From assembly GCA_030704615.1 (NCBI GenBank), contig CM060733.1, positions 60,760,001 to 60,824,000 on the forward strand: a DNA stretch of 64,000 nucleotides. The letters are read 5' to 3'. The notes below the pieces were generated by a model. The model was not told where the DNA came from, ran no database searches, and saw only the letters and a program-made list of their open reading frames with translations. This stretch comes from Takakia lepidozioides. Its lineage: Eukaryota > Plantae > Bryophyta. The position numbers were made by a program, and so were the translations under genes. Below, piece after piece: positions 1 through 28,100 of this stretch (position 1 is its first letter; every line of letters starts with the position of its first letter).

Positions 1-1276
1 GATCAATGATCGGTGGGGTCTATCATGACTGTGAAGGGAAGCTGGGCTTGATGACATTATGCATCTGAGACATCCGGATCCTCTACGCAGCACTGAATGG
101 GGTGGTTCAACACTAGTGGGATGCTGGCGGTAGCAGTTCTGATGACCAGTGGTGTGGCCATTTGAGGTGAAGAAGTGCCAAAGTGGCCCTGTCCATCGCA
201 CACCTGCGGGAGGACGCTACGCTGGAATCTGAACAGTAGAGCATCCTAGTGAGATTATGAAGCATTTGTAATGTAAAGTTTGGCAGTGACACAGAGTGCT
301 GTACTGATCTTGAGCTTCACAGTCCACACTCCACACTCGGAATTCATCACACTGTTTTAGGGCTCAGGGAGGGGGAGAATGGACGGGAATTTGTGGCAGA
401 TGTGAGGACTGCGCAGGGTGAGTTCGTGATTTCCTCTGAGATCTGCAGGTAATGTACCCTGTACTTGGTCAGATCATTTTTGGCTCTGCTCTACTGATTA
501 GATGTTCTTCACTGGGGTTTTTGGGGGGCTCTGGGAACTATGTTGGGAGCTGGACCTTCAGACTGGAAGGCACTGCTCGCTCTCAGAAGTCAAGTTATAA
601 ACAGCATCTGGATGGCGGCAATGTTTCTTTAAATCTTGCAAACATGAGAATATGTGGAAGGGCAGAATTTTCGTGCTCGGGGTAGCTGCAGCCTCCCCTA
701 CGATGATATGCATGTCCTGTATGAAAGTCCCAAGGGTTTCTCGCTGTCGTGGCTCTGAACTGCCCTGCTATTATCAGATTTCTTGACTCCGAATTGTGCT
801 CTTGGTTCAATTTGAGGACATACCTGCAGTCTGCTGTCACGCTGGAAAATAATCGCTGAATAGACTTAGGCCTTTTCTTTGCACAGGTTTGGATTCCATG
901 GTGGCTAGGTGAAGGTAGGTAGACTACATGCTTCTCTAGCCTGTTCTGCTTGGAGAAATGTTTGCTTCAGATATATCTGAATGGAACGCTTACTGATTTG
1001 CTGAAGAATGGAGGCCCATTATGGTCTTTGAAGTATCTTCTTGTGATGCGGGTGTGCAATGCATGGGAGTACTGCCAAAGATGGAGTGCTCCAGATCTGT
1101 AAGACGGTTCTTCTACTCTTGGATATCTCTGGGCGGGAGTGTCTTGAGCATGATTCATACCCTGGCACTTTTGTGTGGGCATTATCTACAGGTTGGAGAT
1201 CTGAAGTAGGATCTTCTGATGAGGTCACTTCAAAGAGCCTGTACATCTCACAGCACTATGTAGATGGGTAGATGCA

Positions 1277-2518
1277 ATGGAGGGTATGTTGATTCCAGGA
1301 CTGCCAAATGACATGGCACAAATGTGCCTGGCTAGGGTTCCCAGACTGAAGTACCCTGCACTGAGTGCTGTGTGCAAGGCATGGCAATCTCTTTTTAAAA
1401 GTCCAGAACTGTTTAAGATGCGGTCAAAGCTTGACCAGGTGGACCCATGGTTGCTGGTGCTTTGTGAAGACTCCCGAATGGAGGATGGGCTGGATGACAT
1501 TGTCTCATTTCTGGCGTTTGACTTGAAATTAAGGAAGCGATGCCGGATCCCACTGCCGGACTCAGAGGAACTAGTTCAGCGCTTGCAATATGGTGGCTTG
1601 AAGTGTGCCTCCATGGGCTACCTCTTCTTTGTTCTGGGAGGTGCAGTGAGGGATGACCTGGGGCTGCACGGTCAACGGACCGTCAACATTTTCAACACTG
1701 TGACCAATGAGTGGTCACAGGGTGCCAGCATGACGGTGGCCAGGTCTGTGCTCTATATACCATGGTCTCCTTTCTCTTGTACCATGCAGGTGTGCATGTG
1801 GCACTCTTCAGTATTTGCAGAAATTGAGTGGACTTCAGTAACCATATTATTTCCTCTCGCAATAACTTTACGATGAAACAGAAGTATATGCCGTGGACAA
1901 CTGCTCATTGTATCTGATACTTGATCATTCCTGGTCAGGTCATATTTTGCGTGTGGAGTCATCAACAGTTGCCTGTTTGTTGCGGGTGGGTACAATGCAG
2001 CTGGGGAAGTGGAATTGTCAGGAGAGGTCTATGACATGAAAACCAATGAGTGGTCATTGATTGCACCCATGCCCTATGGGCTAGCCAACATTGAGAGTGA
2101 TGCAATATTTCAAGGGAGGTTGTTTATCAAGGGACGATTGTTGGCAGGTGTTGATGATGAGAGAAAGGTGTTGGTTTATGAACCAATCTCAAATACATGG
2201 GAGGAGAATGAAAAGTTGGAAAGCAGTTTGCTAGATGGAGAGTTTGCCGCAACTGACCATGACTTGTATGTCATGAACCGGTCCAACTACATTGGCAAGT
2301 ACAATGAGGATGCTGCCCAGTGGCAGCAAGTTGGCAACATTTCCCTCTACTTTCTGCCCTTTGACTGCCCATCAAAACGTTCAATAGGATTTGGAGAGGA
2401 GGTTTTCTTTTTGAATAACTTGGCTGGGGAGTCCATGGATCTCTATCAGTGTAATGTTGTGCATCAAGTGCTACCCAAGGTCTTTTGGCAATGGCAGGGT
2501 GCTATCATTCAGGCTTGA
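1277..2518 (+). CDS. F-box/Kelch-repeat protein (2 exons: 1277-1743, 1939-2518; 348 aa)
   Basis: N-terminal F-box LIPGLPNDMAQMCLARVP...VCKAW. Kelch motifs FFVLGG...FNTVTNEWSQGASMTVAR|SYFACGVINSCLFVAGGY...GEVYDMKTNEWSLIAPM. A GT-AG intron at 1744-1938 joins the two ORF-track pieces in frame. Confidence 0.9.
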
Positions 2519-3423
2519 TTGCAGGCACTTCACATCTCTGTCAATTTTGCTTTGCTTGTCCTTGTTATGGAGGGGCAAAGGGGTCCTGGTGGCACTCTTT
2601 CCTGCTCCACTTACATGGAGAGGACATATTGCAGATGGGGGTTACATCAGAAACTGATCCAAGGGGAGGAACTTGGACACACGGAGGGGAAAACTTAAAG
2701 ACGGGAAAGAATGAATTTCTTGTGGAGGTCTTGCTGATCATCAGTTACTTAGGATCCCATCTTTTATCTGTTATGATATAATGTTATGAGACACGCTTGA
2801 ATTTCATGTTGATGCTGGTGTATATATTCCTGCTCCTCATTTGTACGAGCTTTGTCATATGGAGTGTGCCGCACGAAGTGGACCTCTTTTTCTCTCTCTA
2901 ATAAGGCCGCAACCTTCCTGGCATTCGCTCTGGGGGGTTCTCATCTCTGGACTGTCACTACCCTGAGAGTCTGGTACCAAAGATGTCTTATGACCCTTAC
3001 CATCATCCCATAAGCCCTTTTGGGTCTTCTGCAGAAAATTACATTCTCTGAGGATCCTGGGGTCTGAGAGCAGTTGGGCTTGATCTGTATTTCAGGATGT
3101 TTGGATAAACTCCAGACAACTTTCCACTTCCTGTAGTAAACGTGGCCACAGTCCGCTTGCATTAGTCTATGAATAGGCCCATCCAGCTTAAATAATCAAT
3201 CAATGTTATTCTAGCGACGACCGAAGGTCGGAAGCTAGTTTAGCGTAGAGCAGGAATAGGGTGGCCTAGTGCCACGCCATCGTCGCTTGTAGCCACGTAA
3301 TCGTAGCCACGTCATCATCGCCACGTTTCGTCGCCACTTCATCAACGTCGATGTTTTTGGACCGTGCCCTGACTGCCCAAAAACCCCCTTGAACGGCCTG
3401 AACGGCCATGAGTGAGAGAGGGA

Positions 3424-3670
3424 GTGTGTAATAGGAGAGAGAGGAGAGGTAGACTTTGTCTCTGCCTGTTGCGATTTACCGACGTGAAGATTCCAGATGT
3501 GAGAGACTTGCCCAGGACTAGGGAAAAACAGAATTGTCTTGGCCTTGTTTGAGCGTGTTATAGGAGACAGAGGAGAGATAGACTTTGTCTCTCCCTGTTG
3601 CGATTTACCGACTTGGAGATTCCAGATGTGAGAGACTTGCCCAGAACTAGGGACAAACAGAATTGTCTTG
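3424..3670 (+). repeat. Tandem duplication, about 129-bp period, 2 copies
   Basis: 3424-3541 and 3553-3670 share tagactttgtctct..ctgttgcgatttaccgac..gattccagatgtgagagacttgcccag..ctaggga.aaacagaattgtcttg. Confidence 0.9.
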
Positions 3671-4704
3671 TTGCTTGAAACAGCTGTGGTCTGTCTAGGG
3701 CATCGGTACTATGGAGAGAGTTCTCCCTTCCTCAACTGACGACTGACAACCTCAATTATCTGTCATCAAAGCGGGCTCTTTTTGATCTGGCAGAGCAGGT
3801 CTCTTTCTCCTGTCTTGATGTCTCTGCAGGTGAGTGACCTGATCAATTGCAGGGTTTGCATTTTCACACCCGAAATTTTTCTGGCCATCAAGGATGTGGC
3901 ATCTTCCCACATAGACAGAGGTCAGCTATTAATTGTACACTGTTTTACACCTGGATGATCTGCCTTGCAACAGCCTGTAAATCCATACTTAACTCTTGCT
4001 TTTTGGTGTTGTTTTTTGCCTGCCAGCCACCCTCCCTCGTCTGTCCAGCTTTCAGGCTCTTTATTTTACTGCCAAGTAAGTGCTTAACTTAATGGGGTTT
4101 GCCATAAGGAGGCTATTCATTGATGTGATTATGTCCTGGATCTCATATCTCTCAGATGAACTAATGGGAGCGTTGTAAGCCTTTGAAATATACTCCAATT
4201 CATCAGGGCTGTCTTGAATTATAGGAACAGTTTTTCCAACTGTGTCCTTCCATTCTTCACAGGACCACTCACTGTTAGACATAGAAATTCTGCCAAGGAT
4301 ACTGTAGTGGTCCAGGGCTTCAGGCTCAAACTCAAAATTTTCAGAGTTGGGGAGTTTTCAAGAAGAGAGAAGACAAATAATGATGTACTTACGGTAAGAC
4401 TTGGATGAAATAACAAATGCCCAAGGACAACTGTATCCAAGTCCATGACATTTCATTTCTTTCTTTGACTACCCACAGCTCAAAGCTTCCCCTAGCACTG
4501 AACCATGTCGTTATTGTGCATACCATTTCTTCCCCATGGGTAGTATCACGCACGATCAGGCCTCTTTCGCAGAAAGCAACACAAGGGGAGTGCATCCCGG
4601 TCAATGCAGATAGGCTCAACCCTACTCATCGTCCCTCCGATGAGCCTTTTTCACGGCCTTCAGACACCGCTCCTAGTTTATAGGTGAGACTTTCCCAACC
4701 TCTA

Positions 4705-4920
4705 CTAAACTTCCATCGTGACTTTATGGACCATAGTTTGCTTGTGAATTTGGTGGCAGCTTTTCTCAACAAGCTCCAGCAACATTTCTATATCCACTGG
4801 CCATGAGTTCAGTACGTCATACTGTCCTTTTTGCTCTGGAAACACACCAACTCCTGCTGGACGGTCCACTTTTGCAAGCAAAGCCTTGGAAACCACCATT
4901 TCTGAGAGATGCTTCTCCAT
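4705..4920 (-). pseudogene. RPN5: Fragment of 26S proteasome lid subunit RPN5 (PSMD12), C-terminal part
   Basis: [22 protein letters not shown]...DVLNSW...[20 protein letters not shown] matches the plant RPN5 C-terminus. The intervening VCFQSKKDS segment is in another frame (compensating frameshifts). No upstream RPN5 exons are visible. Confidence 0.85.
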
Positions 4921-7143
4921 GCACTTTGAAGATGGGATTTGTTCTCGTGGTGAAAGGATGTTTTCTTGGAAAGATGCGAGTGTCTTGCTTCATTCATTGA
5001 TCTGTGCAGCTACTCAGACCATCCACCATTTCCCGAGAATATTGACCATGATGTACTGTTGAGTGAATTTCCTGTGGCATAAATCCACAGGAAATGATAG
5101 TGGGTTCTACCCGGCATAGGTGGGAAGTCAGCCCATAATTGCACTTGACTGAAGGGGTGATTTTTGACTGATTCTGGTAACAGTGGATGGAAATCAGAGT
5201 GCTGTCCTTGTTCTGGGTTTGGGTGGTGGAGCTTCTCCAAAGCTTGAAGATGGAAGTGAACACGAATTTTAAGGAGCTTGATGAGAGGGGCAGCCCTGTG
5301 CACAAGTTTGTTCAGCATCTTAAATTTGGACATGTTTGTTTGTTTCTCGTGGCTTTGGATGGAGCCCTTGACGAATATTGTCAAAAGCTAGCCTTAACCC
5401 ACCAAGATCCAATCCCATGGTGGCTGCTTGAAAGTTCTTATAGTGATTGTAAGGATGTTGTTATTGATTGACGCGGCTTGACTCCCTCACACTATAACAT
5501 CAGTTTGTGCGTGTTGGAGTTCAAGGTTGGGGGTAACTACTTGAGCTGCCAATCTCAAACAAGCCGAAAAACTCTCTTGAAATCACCTTAAAGAAATCAC
5601 CTTAAAGAAAGTGAGGTGTTTTTCTCTTGCTTCTAGGCACCATCCAACATCCAACATCCCAAAAACGAAGCTTTTGGTCCGTCATGTTGGTTCAATTAAT
5701 ATCAATGAAATTACACCCAACTAAGGGATAACTTATGTGAATAATGAGATGAAGATATATTTACTGCTCCTCCTTTGGCTGTGAGGGCACTGTCATCAGA
5801 AGGATTTGTAATGAGCCATGGTGCAATGCTCAATTGTTGCGCGAAGGGTTGGGATTCTTGTTTCCTCTTTGTGCTGTTGTGGATCTACTGGTTTTTCTCT
5901 TTATCTCTCTCTGGGGTCCAACTTGTAACTTCAGTTTTTGTTCCTGCAGGTTCTGAAGCATTTGCTGATGCATAGTTCTCCAGAACAAGCTCTGATTCTG
6001 CTGCCTCGCTGCTGTCAAGTGTGAGTGGATTTGAGGACGTCTCATCAGGCGTGGAAGACTGGGCAGAAAAGGGGGTTCAACTCCCCCTCACTTATTGGGC
6101 ATAGCTAGAGGTAGCTGCATCAAACAATGAAATCAAATAGAGACATGACATGATAGCTTCGACAACACTCCACCATTCTTCTTCCAAAAAACAATGAAAT
6201 ATGGGATGTGGGTATGTAAATGACCCACCCCTTTTTGTGAAAATTGAAAGTAGTTCTCAGAATTCGTCGCTAGTAGTGCGGAGCAACGGAGCAACGCGAA
6301 GCCCTAGTATACATTAAAAGATGAGTATGGGTAGTCTACTGGTGAGAGCATGATGCTGTACTCTATGAGGATGTGGGTTCCATCCTTGGTTGGTAGATGA
6401 TGGATTGGGGGTCAATCGAGTATGACTCTGTGTATTGTCCCCTCCTGAGGAAGTAGACACCTTGCCCTCTTACCTGGAGGAAGCAGACTTACCATTCGCT
6501 CGCAAGATTTCACCAGGCTTGTGATGGCATGGCATGGCATGGCATTGTTCAAAAGGGTTTCAGCAGGAGAGAGGATGCGAGGTGGCCAGACAATTCAATG
6601 AGGTGTAGGGAAACGATGCAAGTCGGAAAAGTAAATAGTAAGATTGGTGCATGCAGGGTGGGACAGACTCTTATTGCAAGGTAATATCCTTGCAGGCCTG
6701 TAATTGAACTACTCTCCCTACAACAAAGTGTGGTGGTCAGGAAAATACAGTTTTACGATTCTTTATCATCATTACATTGGTTAGATATCTCTTTTGTGGG
6801 ATAGAAATATTGTACCCACATAGGTAAACTTCCCCAAGCCTCTCTTGATTGGCAGTGCAGATTTTACGGAGAACTTGTGAACAAAGAGCGGAAAAGAACT
6901 AGCTTGACGAAGGATTCATCCTTCAATTAGAAATGTGATGTTAGAAATGGTTGTCCAGGCTGAACTTTGGGTAAGAGAAGCTGACATAGCAATCCAGTTC
7001 TGCCCTACTTCTGAGATAATTGGTAGTCAGTCTCATCCTTACCTCTTCCTCGACGCAACACAGGCAGAAGTGTTTGTTCGAGAGGCAGCTCCAAGCAATC
7101 ACACGAATATCGAGGGATATTGATGATGGTGTTAGGGTACTAT

Positions 7144-20203
<13,060 letters not shown>

Positions 20204-20760
20204 CGTGTTGCTTGAGAGACAGACTCAAGCCAGGATACGACTAGTCACAACTCATTGTAGTGTTAAAAGATAACAAGGATGTTGTAACCAAGTATGAGAA
20301 TGGAAGAAGAGGAAACGGTTGATGATTCTGTAGAAGTTTGTGAGACACAGAAACAAAGAATCGTGTGTGCGTGTGTCTGTGAGTAAAGATTCAAACCTTT
20401 ACAAACAAAGAAGGAAATGGCATGATATGATACTTCATAGTTTAGAGTGGCTCAAAGAGCTGATGAAAAAAGAGAGCAGCACACAAGAAAGTGGGGCCCT
20501 CAACAATAAGAAAGAGCAAGAGACGCCTTTCATGACAGTGGGACACCGCACAGAACTACCTGCCTATCAGGGCTCTGATCATCCGGCCCCTTGTTTTTCG
20601 AGGTTTCGAGATATATGCTTTGGATTGTTCGAACAACACAATCCAATCGCTCGGTGTATGCAAGACCGAATTTGTTGATAAGCATTGGTCTCACACGTGA
20701 AATAGCAACACCAACTACTCCAGTTTTAGGGTCTTGCAAAATTTGTGAAACCGAGTCTCA

Positions 20761-20822
20761 CTCCTCAAAAGGGTGTTGAATGTTCCTCTCCCTCCTCAAA
20801 AGGGTGTTGAATGTTCCTCTCC
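20761..20822. repeat. Perfect 31-bp tandem duplication between RPT6 3' end and NSF start
   Basis: ctcctcaaaagggtgttgaatgttcctctcc occurs twice in tandem. Confidence 0.95.
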
Positions 20823-21200
20823 GTGGAAATGGGTACTCCCAAGTTGGGTAATTGCATCTGCTTGTGCAGTGAGAAGTGCAAATTGTAGGAGAACTGAACC
20901 ATATGCGAGGTAGCCCACTTTATGGCATGTGCCTATACCAACGAAACAAGGGGCCATTCATTGAGCTGCACTATCAACATGTTGCGAGTTTCATAAACCG
21001 TATCAACATTGAGGGTGGGCAGGCACAACTAGGAGCTAAAAAATGTCACATGGATCATCTGAGGTACTGGAGATAGCAAAAGGACAAAATGAAGGTTAGG
21101 ATCTTCGAAGAGCTGGTCGCACTGGATAAGTAAAGGTTGTGTGGAGAACTAAGCCTATATTGCCTTTATTGAAGTGTACAAAAGATACATATGAGATAAA

Positions 21201-24911
<3,711 letters not shown>

Positions 24912-25107
24912 AACTGCAGACAGACAGAATACTAAGGAAAGAGAAAAGCAAGAGAAACCTTGGCTTGGAAAGGAGGGAGACGACAAAAGGATGGATGAGC
25001 TTCTGATATATCATCCATCTTCTTCGCCCTCCTCATCTCAGTGTCTCTCTGCTGTCTGTTTCTCGCTCTTCGGTGCGAGATCACATTGCAGTGCGCGGCG
25101 ATCGGCC
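24912..25107. promoter_or_regulatory. Very short divergent intergenic region (putative bidirectional promoter or overlapping 5' UTRs) between RPT6 and DapF
   Basis: RPT6 ATG at 24911 (-) and DapF ATG at 25108 (+) are 196 bp apart. Confidence 0.6.
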
Positions 25108-28100
25108 ATGGCGATGGCTGTGCAACATTGGAGCACAGCAGCAGAAGCTATCAAGTTCGTGAAAGCTTCTCCTGACGCATTTTACTCACAGATTTTCCGC
25201 AGCAAAGTGCGATACAGCCAAAGACCGGGGGCTGTGACTGACCGTGGGCCTACCCTTTCTCTCATGGCTGACCACCGGGAAGCCGTTTCTGCGCTAGCTC
25301 TTAAGGAGAAAAACCCTGCACAGGTGGTTTCATCTGTCTGAAATGGTCGCAAGCGTCCATACCACATGTGAGGGCGCTAGAAAAATTAGTTCTGTGGAGT
25401 CAAGTAGCAGGAGTTGTTGGTACTAATTGGGCTATGTATGTCTTAGCTGCTACAGCTGTGGCTGTGCTGGTTTCGTTATGACACGCTCATGGTCAGTTCT
25501 TAAGAATTTATTTTCACAAATCCATCTCTCTGGATCATGCTACTGAATTGAGTTGTTTATACATCGCAGCTCAAATTGGTTATAATAAAGATTACATGCA
25601 TACTATACTGGTAGCGGTGAGGTGACCTTTGTTTTCAGGTTGCAGGTAGGCAAATGTGGGGGTTTAAGCCTCAAACAGTTTTTATAAGATTGGTCGGCTA
25701 CCCAAACCTGGTGGGTGGTTGATGACTAGAATACTGCGGAAAGAAACTTCTAATGAGGGCGCTCTCAAGGAATGTCTTCGTGCCTACTGAAGTGGGTTAG
25801 ATTGAATGTTTTATAATTGGAAAGGTCTTGAATTTTTTGGGGGCTGCAGAAGGTGCTTCGTTTTGTGAAATATCAAGGTCTTGGCAATGATTTTTTGCTG
25901 GTATGTTGTCCTTCCCTCTTATTACGCACTTCCTATTTATTCTCTCACTCTTCCACTGGCTGTTATGGTGTGATACTTAGGCTTCCCAATTCCGCTTTTT
26001 TCTGCTCGCCCTTAGTACAAAATTGTTGTCCATGTACATGCCGGGCCTCCCAATCACAAATGCTATGACCATGGCTTCTCTTTTTAATTGCATTGTCAAT
26101 GGGAAGTTGAGAGGTTGCACCCTGACTAGTCAGAGTTGAGGTTCTCTCTGAGTCATCACTTATCAAGATGGCTGGTATTATAGGTGGATAACAGAGACTC
26201 AACAGAGCCCAAAATATCACCAGAGCAGGCTGTGAAGCTATGTGACCGTAACTTTGGAGTGGGTGGCGATGGTGTCATCTTCGCTTTGCCTGGAGGGGAC
26301 AGCGGTGACTATGCAATGCGCATTTTCAACGCTGATGGCAGTGAGCCTGAGGTCATTTGGGATGGGTGGTAGGAAGGCGAATTGTGTCTATTTGTTCAGA
26401 TTTTGAAGTGTATTTATTGTTGTTTCATGTTGACTTACACGTGTTTAGCCCTTCTAAGAGTGGAGTTTAGGTCAGTTTAGAATTGTCTAACTAATGTACA
26501 GAATAGTAAGGTTCGCTGGATTTTGGCGAACTTCAGTCATTGCCATTCAGTATAATTTGATCTCAGCATTTGTAGATGTGACTATTAAAAGATTATATAG
26601 GAGGTCTGCTGACTCCCTTTCTATCATGCAGATGTGTGGGAATGGGATCCGCTGTATGGCTCGGTTCGTGGCTGAACTTGAGAACACTACTGAATCCAGG
26701 AGGTAGTTTCTCGATTGACCTTTTCTGTATCTGAGCTATCGTGTTCACTTTGAATGTCATCACCATGGTTTTGCAAGTCTAACAAAAGCACGTGGTATTG
26801 GCGGGCAGCTACACAATTAACACACTGGCAGGCCCTATTATTCCCCAGCTTTGTGAGGATGACCAGGTGTGTGGTCCTTTTGTATGGGTCCATTTGTAAT
26901 CTTCTCTCTCTATCTATCTCTCTGTGCTGGCATCTGATATCAGCTAAAGCACAGCTTCATCTTGCAAATGAGGTGCTGTTGGTTCTGAGAGACCTATGGC
27001 TTTGTCCCAGTGAACCAGGAGAGGTTATAGCTTGCTGGATTTTGGTTGGGATCTTCCCAATAGCAAAGTAGTATCAATCTGGGGACTACGTTTCCCTGTC
27101 AGTGCATGATATTGTCATCTGTGCTGTGTTGCACATCATTTGTAGAAGACTATCCTTCTGGGATCAAGTTTTCTTCATGTGGGCACTTTTGATTTTCTTT
27201 CTAGGTGTTGATGTGTTTGTATGTCTGTGTGAGAATGTACTCATAAGAGGTTGTTGCCGTAGCCTTGTGGCCATAGACCCTGCAACAGTTTGGGCAGAAC
27301 AAGAGGGAATAGACACTTCCTTTGTGAGGAGCTCACTCCAGCAGTAGGACTTACCTTCATATAAGCAATGAGTTTGGGCTTTCCAGATTTCGTCTAGAAA
27401 GCCCTCTTCACAAGCATCAATTGCTGTCTGCGCGTGTGTGCAAGAGGGAAGATATACAGAATGTACTCATAAGACGACGTTTGCCATAGCCTTGTAACTT
27501 TGCCCAGTTTGTGTGTGTGTGTGTGTGCGCGCGTGCGCGTGTGGGTGAGAGAGAGAGAGAACCTTCGCAGGGGATGCATTTGAATGGTCTCTTTCATTAG
27601 TTACTAGGTTCTGCACACCAGCAGTTCAAGCAATGCAGCTGTTCCTACAAAAATGTGTTGTGGGTTGCAGGTTGCTGTTGACATGGGACCCCCAACATTA
27701 AATGCAAGAGATGTACCCACAAAGCTGGCCCCAAACAGTGACACCGGAGCAGTGGTGAAGGCACCCTTGGAAGTAGCTGGAAAGATGTGGAGTGTGACAT
27801 GTGTCAGCATGGGTAATCCGCATTGTGTCACGTTTGGAGAGCAAGGAAGTGAGGTAAGTCTATATCTTCCAATACCAACAGAATCAGTGTGGGATTTTGA
27901 AAAGGGTGTCTGCAGAGGATCCAGGTATTGTCTTCACATCTGTGTGTGCGAGAAAGGCGGGCCCATGAGATAATGTTCTCTAAGATGTTGTTTGCCATAG
28001 CCTTGTGGCCATAGACCCTGCACCCAGTTTGGGCCGAACAAATGGGAACAAACACTACCTTTGTGAGGGGCTCACTCTGGTAGTGGGACTCACCTTGGTA

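Larger units (their letters stand above)
3206..6308 (+). mobile_element. Putative non-autonomous rolling-circle element with Helentron/Helitron2 (HLE2/HINE)-like termini
   Basis: 5' TTATT is followed by CTAGCGACGA (3211-3220) within the hairpin CTAGC-GA-CGACC-GAA-GGTCG-GAA-GCTAG (3211-3238). Its exact inverse TCGTCGCTAG lies at 6264-6273, followed by a weak GC-rich hairpin and terminal CTAGT (6304-6308). Short GCCACG repeats follow the 5' hairpin. The interior contains gene fragments. Confidence 0.6.

Noticed and set aside
1-1270. Short ORFs upstream of the F-box/Kelch gene
   Set aside because: No recognisable motifs; probably leader exons, introns or intergenic DNA.
5010-5384. HFHLQ in a minus-strand ORF as a possible HUH (Replitron/Rep) motif
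   Set aside because: No supporting upstream motif or catalytic tyrosine context. The ORF is short, and the opposite strand looks at least as protein-like.
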